Shown piece by piece: positions 19,901 through 28,507 of a stretch of 64,000 nt of DNA. Below the pieces are notes generated by a model. It had not been told where the DNA came from. It saw only the letters and a program-made list of their open reading frames with translations, and searched no databases. Source of the stretch: Crocinitomicaceae bacterium (lineage in GTDB: Bacteria; Bacteroidota; Bacteroidia; Flavobacteriales_D; Crocinitomicaceae); contig JBGSIB010000050.1 of assembly GCA_041751955.1 (NCBI GenBank), positions 59,598-123,597 on the forward strand, read 5' to 3'. Each line of letters starts with the position of its first letter. The stretch's first letter is position 1. The position numbers and the translations under genes were made by a program.

Positions 19901-21552
19901 TGAATGTTGGAGGTACAAGTGATATCACGGTAAAAGTAAACGGAGCGAATACATCTTCTTTCACGTACAATAGCACGACCAAATTGGTGGACTTGAACAT
20001 GAATTTGAATGAAGGAAGCAATACAGTTGAAATTACAGGAACGAATTCTGCAGGAACTGATTCGAAAACAAGAACGATTGTTTATGATAAACCAATAGTA
20101 GTTCCGCCACCAGTGGTAACTTTTGTCAATCCTGTTTCTAATTCGACAACAGTTGCAGTGGCTACTTACAATGTAAAAGCAACGGTATTGAATGTTGGAG
20201 GAACAAGTGATATCACGGTAAAAGTAAATGGAGCGAATACATCTTCTTTCACGTACAATAGCACGACCAAATTGGTAGACTTGAACATGAATTTGAATGA
20301 AGGAAGCAATACAGTTGAAATTACAGGAACGAATTCTGCAGGAACTGATTCGAAAACAAGGACGATTGTTTATGATAAACCAGTCGTTATTGTGCCACCA
20401 GTGGTAACATTCATCGATCCTGCTTCTAGCCCGACCAACGTAACCATTGCAAGTTACAACATTCGCGCAACAGTGCTTAATGTTGCAGGAACCAGCGACA
20501 TAACCGTAAAAGTTAATGGTGTAAACACAAATAGCTTCACTTATTCTTCAACAACGAAAATAGTTACATTAACAGCCAATTTGAATCAAGGTTCGAATAC
20601 TGTTGAAATTAAAGGTACAAATGCTGGTGGAAGTGATACGAAATCAACGGTCATCAATTATACGATACCTTGTGTTCCGCCTGTAGTAAGCGCAATTACA
20701 CCAAGTTCATCGGCACACACAACAGATCAGGCCACACTTGCCATTTCTTTAAGTGTTACGGGTATCAATTCTGGAAGTGAGGTAATTGTGAAAGTAGGCA
20801 GTACAACTGTGAATTCGAGCTACAATGCTTCGAGTAAAATAGTTACCGCTACAGTTCCTTTGAATATTGGAATGAACTCCGTGACTGTCACCGCGACAAA
20901 CGCTTGTGGAACCGATAAGTTCACCTACAAAGTTGTGCGAACATCGTGTGACAAGCCAACCTTAAGTCTAAATTTTGCGAATGTGGCAAACAATCAAACG
21001 ACTTTTGCGCCTAAATTCACAATGGTAGTCAACGTAACAAAAATTACAACTAGCAGTCAAATACAAGTTACTTTGGGTACGAAACCAGTACCATTCAACT
21101 TCGATTTGGCTTCAGGTACAATTGAAGTAGATTATGCAGTGATTGTTGGAACTTCAAGCTTTAAAGTTGTGGCGACAAATAATTGCGGAAGTGTTGAATA
21201 CAATCATACGATAACTCGACAAAAATCGGCAACGAAAGTGGTTCCTCAGGTGACAATTACATCCCCTGCAAGTTCCCCTTCAACTGTTAATGCGACGAGC
21301 ACAGTGATTCAGTTCTCAACGGTTCAGATTATCGATAAAGGAGAAATAATTGTAAAGGCCAACGGTGTGATTATTCCAATCACATTTTCAAGCGGAACTA
21401 ACAGTGGAACAGCTTTGGTTCCTTTGGCTAGCGGAAACAATATGATTGAAGTAATAGTTACGAATCCAATAGGTTCGGCAACAGCCTCTGCAGTAGTTGT
21501 GAACTCGGGTAAAGGTTCAACAGGTACGCGCACAAATACAAGAGGTAAATAA
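16936..21552 (+). CDS. giant secreted repeat protein: N-terminal beta-barrel-like domain plus ~13 tandem Ig-like modules (~95 aa each) and a Cys-containing C-terminal region
   Basis: Signal peptide (the likely start is MKKIY at 16972). The recurring unit is PPVV(T/Y)F..P.....T.......Y.V.A.V.NV......V.NG........N.......L.L..G.N...I.GTN..G.DSK...I.Y. Confidence 0.8.
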   Translation: MEFHNEITKNYTMKKIYTLIICLGFMQMAFGQVTTNYNAKWFFGVNTGLTWQTTDVSNQFRTGWGLTLGKSFNYNSATWMSFDVRGRFLRGFWYGQDKDTSDFSVPNISLSQGATNYKDTLGYAIHNFQTENYLLNLELVAHFNRFRERTRWDPYIFGGIGLNWSQTYGDYLNRDDVNGDLNLYDWDVNNLSKRNIRNTQDGVYETALDGSSQNSFNFFTSQSLGFGLGYQVGRAVTIGVEHKTTWTNIDHFDGFEDVSKRKNDIYHYTNAYIQFRLFGGRHDEQVQTDPVNENVPPVVIYTQPSTAGTIVSNPNYTIQAKISNVFDKGNVFFVHNGNAVSNFAYNTKSDLFAANVTLVEGENTFVLTGNNQYGTDSKTTLIIYKPEVILPPVVNFVQPNINPITVTDPNYNVVGNVLNVKTKSGVAVTVNGVTRNDFNFNANNGNVTLNLTLNSGNNTVQITGTNTAGTDTKSTVIVYKYIPTVTPPVVIFTDPSGGTKTVATGNYTVKGKVQNVESNSGVSFSQNGNSQSNFSFNPTTDDFSFNATLAAGQNTFILTGTNVDGTASATTIIIYNRQTNPPVVSISNPSNQTTNVSVSQYSFVGSILNITSKSQATLKVNGSTFNSFTFNNSTKGIAATLTLIQGNNTIELSGTNADGSDSKQVNIIYTPVVTVQPPVVYFTAPSSSPSNVNSNSYTLQAKVLNVDGAQNITFKRNGSVMSNFTFNASTDEFTSTQSLNAGQNIFEITGSNSAGSASATTILVYNVATPKPPVVTISNPSGSSATSSVSQYPFVGNITNVNVRSQVNMTVNGTMYNGFNFNAATGVVTANLTLNSGANAVELKGTNADGTDSKQVVIVYTPVATVNPPVVTYVNPGSNPTTVSSANYNVQATVANVSTPGGVNIIHNGSNVGVFNFGNNNLTFTLSLVEGANTITVTGTNAGGVDSKTTTIVYTRPIVVPPPVVTFVNPVSNSTTVVVANYNVKATVLNVGGTSDITVKVNGANTSSFTYNSTTKLVDLNMNLNEGSNTVEITGTNSAGTDSKTRTIVYDKPIVVPPPVVTFVNPVSNSTTVAVATYNVKATVLNVGGTSDITVKVNGANTSSFTYNSTTKLVDLNMNLNEGSNTVEITGTNSAGTDSKTRTIVYDKPVVIVPPVVTFIDPASSPTNVTIASYNIRATVLNVAGTSDITVKVNGVNTNSFTYSSTTKIVTLTANLNQGSNTVEIKGTNAGGSDTKSTVINYTIPCVPPVVSAITPSSSAHTTDQATLAISLSVTGINSGSEVIVKVGSTTVNSSYNASSKIVTATVPLNIGMNSVTVTATNACGTDKFTYKVVRTSCDKPTLSLNFANVANNQTTFAPKFTMVVNVTKITTSSQIQVTLGTKPVPFNFDLASGTIEVDYAVIVGTSSFKVVATNNCGSVEYNHTITRQKSATKVVPQVTITSPASSPSTVNATSTVIQFSTVQIIDKGEIIVKANGVIIPITFSSGTNSGTALVPLASGNNMIEVIVTNPIGSATASAVVVNSGKGSTGTRTNTRGK
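19804..20379 (+). repeat. two near-identical tandem 288-bp (96-codon) repeat units within the giant repeat protein gene
   Basis: Unit 1 (19804-20091) and unit 2 (20092-20379) differ by only a few substitutions. The flanking modules are far more diverged. Confidence 0.9.
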
Positions 21553-21572
21553 TAAAAAGTTAAATTGAAAAG

Positions 21573-21607
21573 AAAATCCCGCTCAATAATGGCGGGATTT
21601 TTTTTGT
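21573..21607. terminator. bidirectional rho-independent terminator between convergent genes
   Basis: Hairpin ATCCCGC-(loop)-GCGGGAT flanked by an A-run upstream and a T-run downstream. Confidence 0.6.
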
Positions 21608-21617
21608 GCTTGATTTT

Positions 21618-23453
21618 TTATCGAACTAAATGAAAAAAGCCTTGTCCAGAAACTTCTTCCTCTTGGTAACCAACTGCTTTGAACTTATAAAAATAAACAC
21701 CATCTTCAGCAGTATTTCCTTCTTGCGATTCTCCATTCCAGAAGAAGGTAGAGGCATCCGTCGTTTCATAAACTATATTTCCCCATCTGTTGAAAAGAAT
21801 AACTTCAAATTCTTTCGGATTGATTACTTCAAAGGTGAAAAAATCGTTTACTAAATCTCCGTTAGGCGAAAACACATTCGGAATTTCACCAATGGTCATA
21901 GGAACAAATGGAGGAATAACCGGTGGTGGCGAAACGATAATAGTTTGATAAGCTGTATCCGTGCAATTCCCGTTGTAGGTAATCAACATTACTGTGTATA
22001 CTCCAGGAGTTGTAAATTCAAAATTAATAGGGTCTAAATTATTGGTGTTTTGAGTGCCGAGCGTATCAAAAGTCCATAAATAATTGGTTCCACCCGTACT
22101 GTTATTCTGAAAAACAACTGGCAAAGGTGCTTCACCAATAGTCGGTGTTGCAGAAAAATCTGCAACTGGTGGATTTGAGACAGTTACTTCCGCAGAATCA
22201 TATATAGTGCAACCATTCGATGTTACTGATAAATAATACCATCCTGGAGACAAATTTTGAAATACCGATGCATTGATTGAACTAGGATTATTCACTCCTG
22301 GACCGTTCCAAGTATATAAAAGGTTATTGGGGTAAGGTAATGTAGGATCAACAGTATCCATAATGGCAGAAACATATCCATTTGTTTGGCCACAATTTGC
22401 TAAGCCGATAAGTACGTCAGCTACTTCCCAATTGATTGGTTTGACAATAACTTGAACAAAATCTGAAGCTACGCATCCCAAAGGTGAGGTGGCTGTAACT
22501 TGATAATTTCCTGTAGTCGTTGGAACCAAAGTATCACCAGGAGTTCCAGCAAACGTCCAAATTACAGTATTGGCTGGATTGTTCGTTGTTGCGATAAGCG
22601 TATCTGAATCGTTCTGACAAAATGTAATATCTGCTCCACCATTCACGGTAACGACGTCATATGAAACGAAAATTGAATCTTGTTTTTCGCAATTTGTCGC
22701 GAAGAAAATGTCGTCCACGGCGAAGTCATTTCCGCCAACGGCAATACTTTGATTAATAATACTCAAATTGGCACTCGTGGAAGCTCCTGAATTCCAAATT
22801 CCAGTTATGGGAACCCATTGACAAGGTGTCACGGGAGTAGGTGTCACTGTAGAAATAGGATTTCCGTTGATGTACAATTGTAATTGCGCTACATTGGGAT
22901 CGTTGACTACATTCGTAACCCAAAAACGAAACACGTAGTCTACATTAGGTTGTGTAGTTACCGTCTGACTCCATACATTGGTATTTGCAGCCGACGAACC
23001 GTTCGCAACTAGCATATTACCAGGACCTGTCGGTGTGTGATCCTGACAAGTAACAAAATTGACGTGTGCTAAATTTGGTGAGGTAACAATGGCATATTGA
23101 CCTTCAAGTGATAACAATCCATAAGTCCCACCAGAACCTGGTGCATAAGCTGTAGTGAAATTATTGGTCGCTGCCGTCGTGCCAGCTTCAAAATCGCCAT
23201 TTTGAATAAGGTTTGGACCAGTTACTCCAGTAGTTACAGCGTACATACCTGGCGAGTTTACCGTTATTGAAATTCCAAATGCACCCGTTGACCAATCATA
23301 ATAGTTGTAACCAGGTGGAACGCTTAACTGCAAAGTCTGACCAGGACATAAAGTCGTGTCTGGACCAAAGTCAAATTGTGGTTCGCTACCGTCGCACTGC
23401 GAAAAGAGCTGCGGACTAATAGCTATAACAAATGCAAAAAAAAAGATTTTCAT
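21618..23453 (-). CDS. T9SS type-B C-terminal-domain (gliding-motility-associated CTD) secreted protein with a PKD domain
   Basis: C-terminal FSPNGDLVNDFF...RWGN...GVYFY block typical of the gliding-motility-associated C-terminal domain. Signal peptide present. Confidence 0.7.
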   Translation of the reverse strand: MKIFFFAFVIAISPQLFSQCDGSEPQFDFGPDTTLCPGQTLQLSVPPGYNYYDWSTGAFGISITVNSPGMYAVTTGVTGPNLIQNGDFEAGTTAATNNFTTAYAPGSGGTYGLLSLEGQYAIVTSPNLAHVNFVTCQDHTPTGPGNMLVANGSSAANTNVWSQTVTTQPNVDYVFRFWVTNVVNDPNVAQLQLYINGNPISTVTPTPVTPCQWVPITGIWNSGASTSANLSIINQSIAVGGNDFAVDDIFFATNCEKQDSIFVSYDVVTVNGGADITFCQNDSDTLIATTNNPANTVIWTFAGTPGDTLVPTTTGNYQVTATSPLGCVASDFVQVIVKPINWEVADVLIGLANCGQTNGYVSAIMDTVDPTLPYPNNLLYTWNGPGVNNPSSINASVFQNLSPGWYYLSVTSNGCTIYDSAEVTVSNPPVADFSATPTIGEAPLPVVFQNNSTGGTNYLWTFDTLGTQNTNNLDPINFEFTTPGVYTVMLITYNGNCTDTAYQTIIVSPPPVIPPFVPMTIGEIPNVFSPNGDLVNDFFTFEVINPKEFEVILFNRWGNIVYETTDASTFFWNGESQEGNTAEDGVYFYKFKAVGYQEEEVSGQGFFHLVR

Positions 23454-23549
23454 ATTTCTGGTTTAATCAATTGAATGACGACGTTAAACAAATTAAAGTT
23501 GTCTATAAATTTAGTGTTTTAACCCATTGATAAATGAGGATTACAATCT

Positions 23550-25028
23550 TTATTTCCCCATATAAATGTCAGTCAGCAATTTTCTGTCCGCTTTTCCATT
23601 CTGATTTAGGGGAATATTGGAAACAAATTTGAAATCACTGGGCACCATATAATTGGGCAGATTGGCAAGTAAATTTTCTTTTAATATTTCTTTCGCTTCA
23701 GCTTCATTTATTTCTGTTTTCAGATGGACCAACGAAACTATTTTCTTCACTTCTCCATTTCTCTTCAAGGCAATGGTGGCGGAGTTTTCTACACAAGAAA
23801 TTTTTAAAATATTCGCATTTATTTCATTCAATTCTATACGATAACCATGGAGTTTTACCAAATCATCATTCCGCCCACTGAAAAAAAGCATTTCGTTTTC
23901 TAAATATCCTTCGTCTCCTGTTTTAAAAGCTCTTTGCCCGTCTAACTCAATAAATTTTTCGGCATTCAATTCCGGACGATTCAAATAGCCAAGCGATACA
24001 TTCGGTCCTTTAATTATAATTTCTCCCTTTTCGATGATCAATTCACTTTCTCTTTTGGTTTTCCCGACGGGAAGAGGATTGTGTTTTTCATTGATTTCTT
24101 GGGTTATTTCAACCAAGGTAGTAGCAACTGTAGCTTCTGTTGGACCGTATGTGTTCCAAACTTTAGCAGAAGAAAAATTAGTCAATAAGGCGCCGGCCAA
24201 ATTATTGGGTAAAACTTCTCCACAAAAAAGAAAATGGCGCAAACTGAGCATAGTAGAATTGGGCTCCATTCTCGAATACAACAAGGCAAATGATGGAGTG
24301 GATACCCAAATGGAACCTTGGTATTTATCTACTCGATCTAACAATAACTGCGGATTGGCATGTGTCAATTTATCATTTAAAACTATGGTCGCACCCATGG
24401 CACCAAAGGTCATCACTTCAAAAACAGAAAGGTCAAAACTAAGAACAGCGGTATTGATGAAAACATCTTTTTCGGTAAAACCAAAATCATTTGCCATCCA
24501 ACGGGTAAAAGATTGTACTGCCTCCGAACTGATTTGCACCCCCTTGGGTTCGCCAGTACTTCCTGATGTAAAAATAATGTAGACCAAAGGGTCTGACACC
24601 TTCAAATTCTCAGGTTTAGTCACATTTGAAGTGGATATTGTTTCAATTGCATCCTGAGAAATCAACATTTCACTAATTTTTTTGAAGGACAAATAATTAT
24701 TGGAAGTGTTCAAAATCCAATTCACTTGGGCAATCTCTTTTACCTTTTCTATTCGGTCTATCGGATATATTTCGTCAATGGGTATGTACGGAATTTCGAG
24801 TTTCATACAGGCATACATCGCCACAATCATATTCGCACTTTTGTGTCCGTAAATGATGACAGGAATCTCAGCGTTTTTTACGTTTTTGTCGTGCAATGAA
24901 TCGGCAAGTTGATTTACTTTTTCTTCGAATTGAGACCAAGTCAAATCAAAATCAGAGCCTGCAACAGCTAATTCGTCTGATCGGTTTTTCTTTTCTACAA
25001 AATCCTTTATGTTAAAATCAAATCGCAT
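23550..25028 (-). CDS. dltA: D-alanine--carrier-protein ligase-like adenylation enzyme (DltA family)
   Basis: Adenylation core motifs IFTSGSTGEPKGVQIS, NTYGPTEATVA, FKTGDEG, GRNDDLVKLHGYRIEL and NGKADRK. Single adenylation domain of 492 aa. Confidence 0.8.
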   Translation of the reverse strand: MRFDFNIKDFVEKKNRSDELAVAGSDFDLTWSQFEEKVNQLADSLHDKNVKNAEIPVIIYGHKSANMIVAMYACMKLEIPYIPIDEIYPIDRIEKVKEIAQVNWILNTSNNYLSFKKISEMLISQDAIETISTSNVTKPENLKVSDPLVYIIFTSGSTGEPKGVQISSEAVQSFTRWMANDFGFTEKDVFINTAVLSFDLSVFEVMTFGAMGATIVLNDKLTHANPQLLLDRVDKYQGSIWVSTPSFALLYSRMEPNSTMLSLRHFLFCGEVLPNNLAGALLTNFSSAKVWNTYGPTEATVATTLVEITQEINEKHNPLPVGKTKRESELIIEKGEIIIKGPNVSLGYLNRPELNAEKFIELDGQRAFKTGDEGYLENEMLFFSGRNDDLVKLHGYRIELNEINANILKISCVENSATIALKRNGEVKKIVSLVHLKTEINEAEAKEILKENLLANLPNYMVPSDFKFVSNIPLNQNGKADRKLLTDIYMGK

Positions 25029-25030
25029 AG

Positions 25031-26209
25031 TTAAAAAAGCTTTCCACTAAAAATATAAATGGCAAAAGCCACTAAATTGAACATGATAAAAATTGACAGA
25101 AATTTGATCCATTTTTCTGAAAGATGGCCGAAGAAAACCTCTTTTTTCTGTTTTTTACACTGATAAAAATAATAATTATGTACAACGGAATACAGTCCAA
25201 AAAGCATCCCGCTGACAATGTAATGCAACTGAAAACCATTCCAGAATCCCATTAAAGTAAAGGTAAGAAACAAAGCCCAATTTTGTCTTTGAATGGAAGT
25301 TCCATATTTTTTTTGCGTAAAAAACTTGAAAAGCGGTTTGAAGAAATAGTCATTCAACCATTCTCCCAATGATTTATGCCATCTTTTCCAAAATTCCTTC
25401 GGATTGATGGCAGCAAATGGTTTGTCGAAATTTATAGGAACATGAATGCCAATAAAATTTCCAAAAGATATAGCCAGCAAAGAATATCCTGCAAAATCGA
25501 AGAATAAATACATCAAATACGTGTACATGTAACTCAAATGATAGAGGATTGAACCATCGTCAACCAATTGAGATAGTAACAAACGATGAATGGCTTCGGC
25601 TAAAATAAATTTGTATAGTAAACCAAGTAAAAAGTTGTTCCATCCTTGAAGAAAAAGACTGGAAGTTATATTGCTGTATCCTGATTTGACGTCGGTAGTG
25701 AAACGCTGAAATCTATCCAGTGGACCGATTAATAGAGTAGGAACAAAACTGGTGAAATTAAAGAAGTCCAAGAAATTGATTTTACCCGGTTTTGAACGTT
25801 CATCAATGTATAATCCGATTACCCTAAAAACGAGATAAGAAATACCAGCAATTTGAAACAATTCTGGCGTATGTTTCCACCAATTCGTATCTGAAAATGT
25901 GATATTCGATAAGAATTTCATGAGTAACATCGGCAAGGAAAGCAGTACCATCGGCAGAACGATATTTTCACTTTTGTACCATTTTCGCAAAGCCAATAAA
26001 CAGTAATAAGAATAAACCAATAAGCCGATGATATGAAAAGGTTTGGGGAACAAAATGGCTATATAAGTCAAGGACAAAAGTCCCATCAAAATGCGATAAG
26101 GAACAATTTTTTGCAGGAAGGCCTTGGAAATCAAGACGAGCAAAACAACAATTCCCATGAAAACGAAAAATGTAGGCGATGAAAAAGGAAGAACTTTATC
26201 GAACCACAT
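25031..26209 (-). CDS. dltB: MBOAT-family membrane O-acyltransferase (DltB-like)
   Basis: Polytopic membrane protein of DltB-like size (392 aa), positioned next to the adenylase. Carries an MBOAT-type conserved His region. Confidence 0.7.
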   Translation of the reverse strand: MWFDKVLPFSSPTFFVFMGIVVLLVLISKAFLQKIVPYRILMGLLSLTYIAILFPKPFHIIGLLVYSYYCLLALRKWYKSENIVLPMVLLSLPMLLMKFLSNITFSDTNWWKHTPELFQIAGISYLVFRVIGLYIDERSKPGKINFLDFFNFTSFVPTLLIGPLDRFQRFTTDVKSGYSNITSSLFLQGWNNFLLGLLYKFILAEAIHRLLLSQLVDDGSILYHLSYMYTYLMYLFFDFAGYSLLAISFGNFIGIHVPINFDKPFAAINPKEFWKRWHKSLGEWLNDYFFKPLFKFFTQKKYGTSIQRQNWALFLTFTLMGFWNGFQLHYIVSGMLFGLYSVVHNYYFYQCKKQKKEVFFGHLSEKWIKFLSIFIMFNLVAFAIYIFSGKLF

Positions 26210-26211
26210 AA

Positions 26212-26352
26212 TTAAAACTGTTGGTAAACAAAGTCCACTTTCGATTCAACTTTGGTGTCTTCAGATGGATATACAATTTCTTCAATATCAATCACATATA
26301 ACAGGATGTAACCCAGTAAAAGCAGAAAATACAAGAGTATTTTTTTCATCAT
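26212..26352 (-). CDS. small single-TM peptide, DltX-like
   Basis: ~47 aa from the internal Met (MMKKILLYFLLLLGYILLYV...VDFVYQQF). The C-terminal aromatic FxYxxF-type ending resembles Firmicutes DltX. Confidence 0.4.
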   Translation of the reverse strand: MMKKILLYFLLLLGYILLYVIDIEEIVYPSEDTKVESKVDFVYQQF

Positions 26353-26357
26353 CCCTC

Positions 26358-27557
26358 TCATAATCCGTAGGTTTTTAAAAGAAATCGATTGATTTGCATC
26401 CACCCCAAATCGCCCAAATGCATTACGTCGTTCAAAGTTCCAGGCACGTATTGACTTTTGTCTTTGTTGTACATATTCAAATAGGGCATACCAGCTTTAT
26501 CCAATTCTTTGCAAAGATTTTGGACCAACTCATCATAAGCTTCCATATTTTCATAGTAGTGCGGATTTAAAGTTTGAATAACGAAACATGCATTGGCATG
26601 GCGGCTTTTCAAAAGATTCAAAAGCAAAAGGAAATCTTCAAATTCTTGATTATTTTCCATATTCACGTCCGCAATGATTCCGGGACGAATCTTACCGTTT
26701 TCATCCAATAAATTCACTTTAAAATAATTGCTGTCCACAAACATGTTGTTGTTTTTGGATTTGCGGATAGCCAAAGTTTCTAGTGCTTTGAAGTTGGAGT
26801 CGATAGCTCTATTTTTCTTTATATCAAGCGTATTTTCTTTCGTCAAATATTTTATGTTTCTTGTATTCTGCAAGGCGTCACCGTATCCTTTTGAAAGCCA
26901 TTTTTTTATCGTGAGGCTAATGGAAAATGCTTGCTCTCTTTTTTCAGCGTTAGAACTCAATTCCGCCATCGGTTTGGTTAATGACGTGAAATCTTCTTTG
27001 TGCTGTGAAATGTATTTTCCGACGGCATCTTTTTCTTCGTTACTTGTTTGCTGATTGTTCAGTATGTTTTGAATGAAATTTTGAGGGACAAATTCAACAA
27101 AAGCTTCAGTATTCGTGCCTTCTGTGACAAACCAACCTGGACTCAATAGTATGCAAATTTTTGAATTTTCTAGTTTTTGTTCACAAGCCAATAACTCGCA
27201 AAACATGGCAAAAGTTTGATGGAAAGCATGTCCAAAGCCCATGGCTGGAATACCGAGTGAATCAGGTAAAAAATGGTAAGAGGCATAAGGTGAATCGTTC
27301 ATTTCAGATGAGCCTAAAATCGTTATTTGATTCAATCGCTGAACACTGGAAACGAAGTTCAATTCACCATTTTTGTTCGATTCGAAATTGGCTTGTGTGC
27401 CCCGAATAGAACTTATTGAACCGGAAATGGTTTTGGTTTGGGAAAGATTGGATTTTGAGACAAAAAATGAAAATGAAAAAAATAGAATTGCCAAAAGGAT
27501 TGCAGCAATTCCGAAAGCCAGTATTTCTTTAAAAAACCAATTGATATTAGTTTTCAT
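26358..27557 (-). CDS. dltD: DltD-like membrane-anchored protein
   Basis: N-terminal TM anchor and a ~360-aa extracytoplasmic domain of DltD-like size. Translationally coupled to the carrier-protein gene. Confidence 0.5.
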   Translation of the reverse strand: MKTNINWFFKEILAFGIAAILLAILFFSFSFFVSKSNLSQTKTISGSISSIRGTQANFESNKNGELNFVSSVQRLNQITILGSSEMNDSPYASYHFLPDSLGIPAMGFGHAFHQTFAMFCELLACEQKLENSKICILLSPGWFVTEGTNTEAFVEFVPQNFIQNILNNQQTSNEEKDAVGKYISQHKEDFTSLTKPMAELSSNAEKREQAFSISLTIKKWLSKGYGDALQNTRNIKYLTKENTLDIKKNRAIDSNFKALETLAIRKSKNNNMFVDSNYFKVNLLDENGKIRPGIIADVNMENNQEFEDFLLLLNLLKSRHANACFVIQTLNPHYYENMEAYDELVQNLCKELDKAGMPYLNMYNKDKSQYVPGTLNDVMHLGDLGWMQINRFLLKTYGL

Positions 27558-27777
27558 TTTGTTTGGATTGAATATACTTCACCAGCAAATCAACGCTTTC
27601 AAAATTATCTTCAACGATCTCCTCAAATGGAATTTTTATACCATATTCCGCTTCAACTTCTACAGCTAACTCAACTATAGTGATAGAATCCAAAACGCGA
27701 GATTGCCATAAAGAATCTTCTTTCTCAACTCGTGTAAACGAGATTTCTTCAATTTTATCTAGGAGAAAGTCTTCCAT
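27547..27777 (-). CDS. dltC: D-alanyl carrier protein-like (DltC/ACP family)
   Basis: 76-aa acidic protein with LDSITIVEL, a DS(L/I) phosphopantetheine-attachment motif resembling DltC LLDSFGTVEL. Confidence 0.7.
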   Translation of the reverse strand: MEDFLLDKIEEISFTRVEKEDSLWQSRVLDSITIVELAVEVEAEYGIKIPFEEIVEDNFESVDLLVKYIQSKQNEN

Positions 27778-27823
27778 TTTTAAGCGATTTTTTGTGGATA
27801 AAAGTAAGAAATATTCCCTTCAA

Positions 27824-28507
27824 TTAGGCCATTAATGCTTCTATCCATTTTTCTACCTCGTGGGCTTCTTTCACGTCAAAATCACCGGATTTTGTCCTGC
27901 GAAGTACAATCAAGGTTGCGCCAGAGTTTAGTTTTTGACCAAAGTCATGTGCTATGGATCGAATGTAAGTGCCTTTTGAACAAACGATTTCAAAGTCAAT
28001 TTCTGGGAATCTTGTCGTGTCTATAACAAAGGAAGAAATGTTTATCGTATTGGATTTCAATTCGACTTCTTTTCCCGCTCTCGCCAAGTCATATGCCCGT
28101 TTTCCATCTACTTGTTTTGCCGAGAAAATTGGTGGAAATTGTTGTTGTTCCCCCAGAAAGGTTTGACGAACATCTTCCATCATTTCTTCCGTAATGTGAT
28201 CCGTGGGATATTCCGCATCAAAGTCTTTTTCAAGGTCGTAGCATGGTGTCGTTTTACCCAAAAGGAAAGTTCCTGTGTAGGTTTTTTCGCCTACCATGAA
28301 AGAGTCAATTAACTTTGTGTTTTTACCTGTGCAGATGATGAGAAGCCCAGTGGCAAGCGGATCCAAAGTGCCAGCATGACCGACCTTTATGTTTTTAATG
28401 CCTAACTTTTGTTTCAAATGCCAACGCATTTTATTCACCACATCAAAAGAAGTCCACTTGTAAGGTTTGTCGATGAGAATAGTTTTTCCCTCCAGAAATT
28501 CACTCAT
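27824..28507 (-). CDS. truB: tRNA pseudouridine(55) synthase
   Basis: GHAGTLDPLATGLL catalytic-Asp motif. Confidence 0.9.
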   Translation of the reverse strand: MSEFLEGKTILIDKPYKWTSFDVVNKMRWHLKQKLGIKNIKVGHAGTLDPLATGLLIICTGKNTKLIDSFMVGEKTYTGTFLLGKTTPCYDLEKDFDAEYPTDHITEEMMEDVRQTFLGEQQQFPPIFSAKQVDGKRAYDLARAGKEVELKSNTINISSFVIDTTRFPEIDFEIVCSKGTYIRSIAHDFGQKLNSGATLIVLRRTKSGDFDVKEAHEVEKWIEALMA

